Shown here piece after piece: positions 57,322 through 64,000 of a stretch of DNA of 64,000 nt. Every line of letters begins with the position of its first letter. The stretch's first letter is position 1. The translations under genes and the position numbers were made by a program. Source of the DNA: Candidatus Parcubacteria bacterium (lineage in GTDB: Bacteria > Patescibacteriota > Patescibacteriia > UBA1558 > GWA2-36-10). The notes below the pieces were generated by a model. That model made no database searches and was not told where the DNA came from. It saw nothing but the letters and a program-made list of their open reading frames with translations. The stretch spans positions 163,011 through 227,010 of the forward strand of contig JABJNO010000017.1 in the NCBI GenBank assembly GCA_018664825.1, written 5' to 3'.

Positions 57322-59139
57322 ATGAAAGTAATAAACAAAATAAAAATCGATATTCAGGGAGCAATCAAAAAAACCTTTGAATATGACATAGACGTCGACA
57401 AAATCGAATTAGTTTTTCCACTTGAAGAAAAATACGGCGATTATGCCTTCAATTGTTTTGCCTTGGCCAAAGAATTGTCCAAAAATCCACATGATATTTC
57501 TGCTGAATTAGCCAAAAATCTATCAAACAGTGATTTTGTTACCGAAGTAAAAAGTGCTGGTCCATATCTAAATTTTTATATAAATGACGATTTTCTCAAA
57601 GATATTTTGTTGGAAATAAATACTAACAAAAAATTTGGTAATTCTGATATAGGTCGTGGTCAAAAGATATTGATTGAATTTTCTGGACCAAACACAAACA
57701 AGCCTCAACATATCGGCCATGTCCGCAATGATTGTTTGGGACAAAGTCTAGTAAATATTCACAATGCTTGTGGCTACAAAGTGATTCCTACCAATATTAT
57801 AAATGATCGCGGTATCCATATAGTCAAAAGCATGCTAGCCTGGCAAGAGTTTGGTAAAGGTGAAACTCCAGAAAGCTCTGGTGTCAAGGGCGATCACTTG
57901 GTTGGTAAATATTATGTAAAATTTGGTCAGCTCCTCAAAGAGGAAGAAGAAAAATACAAAAAAGAGCATAAGCTTGATTTTGATGCTCTAGATAATCTAG
58001 CTCGCCGTAAAGCCGAAGATAATTTTTTGTCTCAATCCAGTTGGATGCAAAAAGCTCGCGACATGCTCCAAAAATGGGAAGCCAATGACGCCGAAGTACG
58101 TAAGCTCTGGAAAATGATGAATGATTGGGTTTATGATGGCTACAAACAAACTTATGCGGATCTAGGAGTAAACTTTGATCACGTTGATTATGAAAGTGAT
58201 ACCTATCTACTAGGCAAAGATTTGGTTGAGCTTGGACTAAACAAAAAAGTATTTTTCAAAAAAAATGACGGTTCTGTTTGGATTGACCTCACAAAAGATG
58301 GCCTGGATGAAAAAATAGTCCTCAGGAGTGACGGCACTTCTGTCTATATGACTCAAGATATTGGTACAGCTGAAAAAAGATACAAAAAATTTAAATTTGA
58401 TAAAGCAGTTTATGTAGTTGCCAACGAACAAGAATACCATTTTAAAGTATTATTTTTGATTTTGAAAAAACTGGGCTTTGAATGGGCAGATGACTTGCAT
58501 CACCTATCATATGGCATGGTCAGCCTACCAGATGGCAAAATAAAATCACGCGAAGGTAAAACTGCTGATGCTGATAGCATCATAGAAGAAATGACCACCA
58601 AGGCAAGTGAAATAATGTCTCAAGCTCAAAAGCAGGTCAAGAAAACAAAAAAAGAAAAACAAGACATTTCAAAAATAGTAGGTTTGGGTGCTTTGAAATT
58701 TTTTATGCTTGGTACCAACCCACAAAAAAATATCACTTACAAAGCAGAAGAATCAATTTCTTTTGATGGCTACACTGGTACTTTTATCCAATACACTCAT
58801 GCTCGTATTTCTACGATGCTAAACAAAGGAAAAAAAATAAAGCCTGTCAAAAAACTAGACACACCTCAATTTGAATTGGAAGAAAAAAGATTGTTGAAAA
58901 GTCTAGCCACCTTACCAGATATAATAATCAACTCTGCCATGACATACAATCCGGCAGATTTGTGTCATCGCTTGTTTGAAATCGCAAGGTTGTACAACAA
59001 CTTTTACCAACAACACTCCGTCCTAAATGCAGATGACGACAATACAAAACAGATCCGAATGAATATTTCTCTGGCTACCAAAAATACCATCAGAAAAGGA
59101 CTAGAACTTTTGGGTATAGAATCTCCTGAAATTATGTAA
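57322..59139 (+). CDS. argS: Arginyl-tRNA synthetase.
   Basis: HIGH motif PNTNKPQHIGHVRN. ~605 aa. C-terminal DALK-type anticodon-binding domain. Terminator 59152..59180. Confidence 0.9.
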   Translation: MKVINKIKIDIQGAIKKTFEYDIDVDKIELVFPLEEKYGDYAFNCFALAKELSKNPHDISAELAKNLSNSDFVTEVKSAGPYLNFYINDDFLKDILLEINTNKKFGNSDIGRGQKILIEFSGPNTNKPQHIGHVRNDCLGQSLVNIHNACGYKVIPTNIINDRGIHIVKSMLAWQEFGKGETPESSGVKGDHLVGKYYVKFGQLLKEEEEKYKKEHKLDFDALDNLARRKAEDNFLSQSSWMQKARDMLQKWEANDAEVRKLWKMMNDWVYDGYKQTYADLGVNFDHVDYESDTYLLGKDLVELGLNKKVFFKKNDGSVWIDLTKDGLDEKIVLRSDGTSVYMTQDIGTAEKRYKKFKFDKAVYVVANEQEYHFKVLFLILKKLGFEWADDLHHLSYGMVSLPDGKIKSREGKTADADSIIEEMTTKASEIMSQAQKQVKKTKKEKQDISKIVGLGALKFFMLGTNPQKNITYKAEESISFDGYTGTFIQYTHARISTMLNKGKKIKPVKKLDTPQFELEEKRLLKSLATLPDIIINSAMTYNPADLCHRLFEIARLYNNFYQQHSVLNADDDNTKQIRMNISLATKNTIRKGLELLGIESPEIM

Positions 59140-59221
59140 ATTTTTTCTACGCAGCGAGGCATTTGCCTCGCTATTTTTTTTGAAACAAAAAACAACCCTG
59201 TTGGGATGTAATTTTTAAAGA

Positions 59222-59298
59222 TGGTGCGCCCAGAGGGATTCGAACCCCCGACCATCAGCTTAAAAGGCTGTTGCTCTACCAGGCTGAGCTATAGGCGC
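59222..59298 (-). tRNA. tRNA-Lys (anticodon UUU).
   Basis: Manual fold. Acceptor GCGCCUA/UGGGCGC, D-loop AGCCUGGUA, anticodon loop CUUUUAA, T-arm GGGGG-UUCGAAU-CCCUC, CCA. Confidence 0.8.
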
Positions 59299-59441
59299 AA
59301 AATGTAAAATACGGGAATTATTATATACAATAATTTGCAATATGTCAACACAAATAAGTCCCTAATTGACAAAAAAGCTTTAAAATAGTAGAGTAAAGCG
59401 TTAACTTTTGTACTTTTCAAAACTAAACAAGGAGGTGTGAA

Positions 59442-60533
59442 ATGCCTGGCAAAATCGTACATCGGGCTTCACTGGCCTGGGAAAAATGGAGTCCATCCAA
59501 AATCAACACCGCTACATCCTGTCCTCTACGCTGCTATTATGAATATATGTTGCGTATGCGAGGTGAACGTTTCCCTTTGACCGTGTTTGGCTCTGCCTTG
59601 CACTATATGTTTGAAAAATTCTTCAAGGCTCACAAAAAAACCGGCAACTTCCCCTATCAGGAAGTCCGTAAATTCCAAAATGTCTGGAAAGGCTTTTGGT
59701 GGCGAGCAGTTGCAGGAAATCATGGTTTTTCCAACATGGGATCTGATCCCGAAGAAGTGCCCTGGAGAGACAGCGAACAAGTCGGACAACTCTTTGGATC
59801 AGGCTGGAATATTTTGGGTAAATTCTATGACCGCTATCAACCTTTTCGTATGGCTGGGAATATTCATATTCCCGAAAGAAGATTTACTTTTGATTTTTGT
59901 GGTTTGACCCTCAATGGAGTAATTGATCGCATCGATCTTTTTGATAACCATGCAGTCATCCTCGATTACAAAAGTAGAGTCTTCCCCAAACACGAACAAA
60001 TGACCGGCACTCAACTGACTGCCTACCAACTAGCCTATCAACAATACCTACGCAATCATATCGGCCAAGGCCGACCTTTGCAGAGTATGCAAGTCTATGG
60101 CTACTGGAAAGATGCTGTCCAAGATCTCCCTCTCAGGGATGATTATCAAATTGGTATGCTATTTTACTATATGTTGGAAGCTAGCGAATATTATCGTAGT
60201 ATCCTCACCGGACGTCCTGTCCGCAGAGAAATCATCGAACGCTTTCGATTTTTCCCTGAAGAGGATATTGAAACTGGTAATATCTCGCCTCGGCTACCTC
60301 GTGGTAATCACTGCACCTACTGTGAAAACGTTGAGACCTGTCTAGCCTGGGAAAAGGGAGAACATGACACTCCTCGTAAGTTGTTTGCTGATAAGCACAA
60401 AGAAAAATGGGATGCCAAAACTCCCACTCAAATTTCTCTGCCTTTTCAGTTCAGCCCCGTTGTCCGCATCGGTGCAAACAATTTTTACAGATTAAAAAAT
60501 CTGCCCTTTATAGAGCAGACCTCCTTGTTCTAA
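59442..60533 (+). CDS. PD-(D/E)xK nuclease of the RecB/Cas4-like family with probable Fe-S Cys cluster.
   Basis: GVIDRIDLFDNHAVILDYKS (D...D/ExK core), N-terminal Cys (SCPLRC) plus C-terminal CTYCENVETC. GC-rich relative to flanks. SD AAGGAGG. Terminator 60546..60580. Confidence 0.65.
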   Translation: MPGKIVHRASLAWEKWSPSKINTATSCPLRCYYEYMLRMRGERFPLTVFGSALHYMFEKFFKAHKKTGNFPYQEVRKFQNVWKGFWWRAVAGNHGFSNMGSDPEEVPWRDSEQVGQLFGSGWNILGKFYDRYQPFRMAGNIHIPERRFTFDFCGLTLNGVIDRIDLFDNHAVILDYKSRVFPKHEQMTGTQLTAYQLAYQQYLRNHIGQGRPLQSMQVYGYWKDAVQDLPLRDDYQIGMLFYYMLEASEYYRSILTGRPVRREIIERFRFFPEEDIETGNISPRLPRGNHCTYCENVETCLAWEKGEHDTPRKLFADKHKEKWDAKTPTQISLPFQFSPVVRIGANNFYRLKNLPFIEQTSLF

Positions 60534-60564
60534 ATCAAACCCCTTCAATTTTTTGGAGGGGTTT

Positions 60565-61098
60565 TTATCTTTTCCAAAAATTATCAAAAAATGTATCTAC
60601 ACTTGATATGATCAATGCCTTGCTTACCAAACCACTGCCAGCCAATTTCATTCTCTTTTCTAGATGGATATAATCCTGACCATGACTAAAACCCAAAACT
60701 CTATGAGCAAAATTATTTCCTTCTATAGCTCCTGTATATTTATCACCCACCTTTATTTCTACTTCTCCCAAATTGCTCTCCAACATTATACTAAAAATAT
60801 TTTGATCAAGATTTATAGCTTCGCCCTCTATCTCTACACCTGGACCAACCTCACTAAATACATTGTCTATACCAGCTGACAATCTAGCTCGACTATCTTC
60901 TCTCAAATAATTCATCCTACTTTTTAAAACCTCTATTTCATCTTCTATATATTGTTTTTGGGTTATAAAATTTCTGCCCTCTCGAGCAAGGCCCCGATCT
61001 TTTTTTAGACCTCCTAAGTTGTCCGAATATTTAGCCACCTTATCTTTGATGCTAGCTAATTCTTCTTCTATTAAATTTTTACAAATTGGATCTTTCAT
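60565..61098 (-). CDS. Paralog 1 of a tandem small-protein family (177 aa).
   Basis: N-terminal MKDPICKNL and internal IKVGDKY...VLGF. Family resemblance to the six genes upstream. Confidence 0.5.
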   Translation of the reverse strand: MKDPICKNLIEEELASIKDKVAKYSDNLGGLKKDRGLAREGRNFITQKQYIEDEIEVLKSRMNYLREDSRARLSAGIDNVFSEVGPGVEIEGEAINLDQNIFSIMLESNLGEVEIKVGDKYTGAIEGNNFAHRVLGFSHGQDYIHLEKRMKLAGSGLVSKALIISSVDTFFDNFWKR

Positions 61099-61100
61099 AT

Positions 61101-61652
61101 TTATATTCTTGCAAAACCATCAAACCAAGTTTCATCAAAACTTGTTGCAAATGCTTTATTATTATATTTTTCATTTTCGCCTTTATACAACAAAATAGGA
61201 TCACTATCCTCCTCTCCTTTTTGCTTTGTAAAACCAACTACAATAAACTCATCTCCTGGAAAAATCTGAAAAAAACCAAAAGCCCCTACAACTTTAAATC
61301 TATCTCCTGTATTTAATTTCTCAAATAATTCCTGTCCAAGGCCATCTCTACCCATAGATCTGTTTATCATCAAAGTATTTGGATCAGGAGTCAGCTTAAT
61401 ACCTCTCCCCTCTATATGTTCATATTTTTGCCTCATCAACTTTAGCTTATCAGAATTAAAAAGTAATGAACCAAAGGCAAGCCTAAATCTCATAAGCTCC
61501 TGATGAAAATTACTAATACTTATATGCGCATCTTCAATAGCTGTAATATCTCTATCTTTTTGACCACTTTCAAAATAATCATCAAAATCTTTTTTGTATG
61601 AAAGTACATGATCAAATTTTACTTTTAATTTGTCACAAATTTTTTTATCCAT
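61101..61652 (-). CDS. Paralog 2 (183 aa).
   Basis: MDKKICDKL N-terminus (identical to paralog 5). NTGDRFKVVGAFGF / FIVVGF motifs. Confidence 0.5.
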   Translation of the reverse strand: MDKKICDKLKVKFDHVLSYKKDFDDYFESGQKDRDITAIEDAHISISNFHQELMRFRLAFGSLLFNSDKLKLMRQKYEHIEGRGIKLTPDPNTLMINRSMGRDGLGQELFEKLNTGDRFKVVGAFGFFQIFPGDEFIVVGFTKQKGEEDSDPILLYKGENEKYNNKAFATSFDETWFDGFARI

Positions 61653-61657
61653 ATATT

Positions 61658-62176
61658 TTATAATAATCCAAAATCTCTCTCTGGCCCAACTTTATAAGAA
61701 GATAGGCCATCTTCATCGATAGTATAATGTATTTTTGTTATCCTACCCCTGGCTTCTACAATCAACTCTTTAGTATGCACTCTAAAGCCAACTATTTTTA
61801 TTCTCATTTTAGCCGGCTCATATTCTTTATTGTTATACTTCATTCTCAGGCCCTTGGCTGCTCTCATCTCATCACCAATCCTAAAAACATAACCATCAAT
61901 CTCCACGCTCTCAGCAAAAGAAGCATAAACCTCGGTGTTCTTTATAGTCATATATCTTTGTCCAGAAGTAGACCTCAGGGTAGCCTGCCAACTTTCTAAT
62001 ATTCCATCTCCATCATAGTCCATCCTGCGATACAATCTACTCCTGATTTGTTCAAAACCATCTACAAATTTTCCTATTTGTTCTGATTTATCAAAAGCAT
62101 CATCAAAATCAACTAGCCAAGACTTAGCCTTGTTTAGCTCCCCTCTCCATTCTTTACAAAGTTCTGCTTTTGTCAT
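61658..62176 (-). CDS. Paralog 3 (172 aa).
   Basis: MTKAELCKEW N-terminus. FRIGDEM...RIKIVGF motif. Confidence 0.5.
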   Translation of the reverse strand: MTKAELCKEWRGELNKAKSWLVDFDDAFDKSEQIGKFVDGFEQIRSRLYRRMDYDGDGILESWQATLRSTSGQRYMTIKNTEVYASFAESVEIDGYVFRIGDEMRAAKGLRMKYNNKEYEPAKMRIKIVGFRVHTKELIVEARGRITKIHYTIDEDGLSSYKVGPERDFGLL

Positions 62177-62179
62177 ATT

Positions 62180-62653
62180 TTATATCTTCTTATAATCATC
62201 AGCTATGGTGTAGAGATACTGAATAGCATAAAGTTTTTCTTTTTTATCAAGGTACTGAACTATAACTTTATTTGTGCTCAATTCAAAGCCTACTATTTTG
62301 ATTTTAACTGAGCCAGTTGGCCCTGGACCAGTTTCTATTGTATCTACAAAAACATCTCCTATTCTATATATCCTACCTGCATGAGCCAATCGTTTATTGA
62401 TACTTGCCTCAAATGTTTGCCGAAGGTCACTATCACAGAAAAATTTTTTACCACTTGAAACATACTGCCCATCTTCCTCATGATCATCTAGGCAAGAAGC
62501 TAATCTATTCCCAAGCTCTTGTTTCAACTCCAATAGCGTTGTCAAAGCTCTACTGTCTTTGCAATTCTCCAGATATTTAATAAAATAGTCTCTATCATAT
62601 TTTATTTTTTCTAGGTTTCGCAACCATTTTTTACAAAATTCTATTTTTGTCAT
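62180..62653 (-). CDS. Paralog 4 (157 aa).
   Basis: MTKIEFCKKW N-terminus. YRIGDVF...KIKIVGF motif. Confidence 0.5.
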   Translation of the reverse strand: MTKIEFCKKWLRNLEKIKYDRDYFIKYLENCKDSRALTTLLELKQELGNRLASCLDDHEEDGQYVSSGKKFFCDSDLRQTFEASINKRLAHAGRIYRIGDVFVDTIETGPGPTGSVKIKIVGFELSTNKVIVQYLDKKEKLYAIQYLYTIADDYKKI

Positions 62654-63153
62654 ATTTTTTCCATAGCATAAAGTGCTGTATCAAGGTGCATAGCAAAAAA
62701 AGTACCTTCTTTTTCGGGATGCTCCATTATAGGCATGCCACTAAACAATTCAAATGCCAAAATTTTATATCGTTTTTTAGCTTCTTTTTCTTTTCTTTCT
62801 TCTGACTCATCTTTAAATTTTGAATCCAAATATTCCTGATTTGCCTTCAAGACATCACCCAATAGAAAAACACCTTCTCTAAAAGACGATCTCTTAGCAC
62901 AACTTGCTCTCAGCTCTTCTTTAGAATCTTCGGCACTAGGAAATTTTACACCACTTGGCGTCCTGCTAATACCTAGCACCAACTCATCTTGACACTCTTT
63001 TATTCTTTTAGCAAAACTTTCATTTCCATGCCTAAACAGTTTAGTAAAATCCTTATTGTCTAAACACCTTTGACGGTCTTCCTCAAAAATACGACTATCA
63101 CGATTTAAATTACCTAAATAATCTCTCAATTTGTCACAAATTTTTTTATCCAT
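62650..63153 (-). CDS. Paralog 5 (~167 aa, start refined to MDKKICDKL).
   Basis: MDKKICDKL N-terminus. FLLGDVL...KILAF motif. Confidence 0.5.
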   Translation of the reverse strand: MDKKICDKLRDYLGNLNRDSRIFEEDRQRCLDNKDFTKLFRHGNESFAKRIKECQDELVLGISRTPSGVKFPSAEDSKEELRASCAKRSSFREGVFLLGDVLKANQEYLDSKFKDESEERKEKEAKKRYKILAFELFSGMPIMEHPEKEGTFFAMHLDTALYAMEKI

Positions 63154-63157
63154 ATAT

Positions 63158-63640
63158 TTATATTTTTTTATAAACATCTCCAAAGAGATTATCACTCACA
63201 AAAATTACTCTACCATTTTTAAGTTTTAGCAAAGCTTGTCGACGACTTTTTATATATTTATCCTCAACAAAACCTACTAGCTCAAAAACATCGGTACCCA
63301 AAACTTCGTCTCTCAGCAAGCCACCTCTTTTGACAAGTTCAAATTTATCACCAACCCGTATCACTTCTCCGCTTGCCAACTTTTTTCTCCTACGAATACT
63401 AGCAGCCACCTCATGCCCTTTGTCTACCAACTTAAATTTTTGTGATATAGAACCATTTTCAAATGTATCATACATTGATTTCAGTTTTCTTATGTTCATT
63501 TCTACGGTTGCCCAAAATTTATGAATATTTCTAAAATCTCCTGTTTCTCTAGTTGTATTCATTTGCAAATCAAAATTATCCAAATGATTTTTAATTTGGC
63601 TAAGTCTCAATAACATTTCTTGGCAAGATATTGTATTCAT
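63158..63640 (-). CDS. Paralog 6 (160 aa).
   Basis: MNTISCQEM N-terminus. IRVGDKF...ELVGF motif. Confidence 0.5.
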   Translation of the reverse strand: MNTISCQEMLLRLSQIKNHLDNFDLQMNTTRETGDFRNIHKFWATVEMNIRKLKSMYDTFENGSISQKFKLVDKGHEVAASIRRRKKLASGEVIRVGDKFELVKRGGLLRDEVLGTDVFELVGFVEDKYIKSRRQALLKLKNGRVIFVSDNLFGDVYKKI

Positions 63641-63641
63641 A

Positions 63642-63980
63642 TTATTTCAATTTAAATGCGCTATAAAAATGCTGTGGAGTATAAGCTACGATTCTGCCAT
63701 CAAAGCTGACTACTGGGCGCTTACCTTGAAAACCGACGAGTTCTACTTTTTTGGTAGTTTTTACAAAAGGCCGATCTTTTCCTATCCTTTCTATTTCTTT
63801 TTTTACCATAAGCAATATATCCCCCATGCGAAACTTTCTACCATTGATGACCATGATTCTAATGCCAGAAGTCCTAACCGTATTATACTCTTGAAAATGA
63901 TCATTAAAACGTCTACCATCGTGTACTTCGGCAAAAATATCCTGATAATGTTCATGCATATGATTTTTATCTCTATTCAT
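63642..63980 (-). CDS. Paralog 7 (112 aa, shorter). A further ORF continues to the window edge.
   Basis: FRMGDIL...VELVGF motif. Confidence 0.45.
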   Translation of the reverse strand: MNRDKNHMHEHYQDIFAEVHDGRRFNDHFQEYNTVRTSGIRIMVINGRKFRMGDILLMVKKEIERIGKDRPFVKTTKKVELVGFQGKRPVVSFDGRIVAYTPQHFYSAFKLK

Positions 63981-64000
63981 ATCTTTGAGCCGATGACTTG

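Overview
This 64 kb window looks like a low-GC (~35%), gene-dense bacterial chromosome segment with a CPR/Patescibacteria-like flavour, though lineage was not tested. It has short intergenic regions, strong consensus sigma70 promoters (TTGACA-N16-17-TGnTATAAT), many hairpin-plus-U terminators, several large secreted repeat proteins, a GAD-less AspS next to AsnS, and five Nudix-fold genes. Housekeeping genes recognised by motif: mutM, rlmN, fba, tpiA, dacA-like, rsuA/rluB-like, scpA, scpB, aspS, asnS, RND permease plus adaptor, an ABC exporter, a P-type ATPase, argS, and four tRNAs (Thr-GGU, Tyr-GUA, Asn-GUU, Lys-UUU). The most interesting regions are: (1) 38.5-48.4 kb, where a NrtR-like degenerate-Nudix regulator precedes one operon that interleaves a TerY-P-type signalling triad (PP2C phosphatase, Ser/Thr kinase with zinc ribbon, vWA protein) with NAD salvage enzymes (nicotinamidase-like, Nudix, PncB, an atypical Prs-like PRTase, NadE); (2) 60.5-64 kb, a tight tandem array of at least 7 divergent paralogous small proteins with a shared C-terminal 'R-x-G-D ... 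VGF' motif, convergent with a GC-shifted Cas4-like PD-(D/E)xK nuclease next to tRNA-Lys; (3) 51.2-54.4 kb, a GC-rich (~48%) islet at tRNA-Asn encoding a MORC/MutL-like GHKL ATPase translationally coupled to an unknown partner; (4) 16.6-19.0 kb, a GC-shifted radical-SAM/SPASM maturase with an adjacent 53-aa Cys/Asp-rich precursor (ranthipeptide-like RiPP) and two divergently transcribed Cys-rich proteins; (5) 26.9-28.0 kb, three promoter-to-terminator units with no convincing ORF, two of which share a ~125-nt conserved 5' domain (candidate paralogous sRNAs). All calls rest on motif recognition by eye; no database searches were run.
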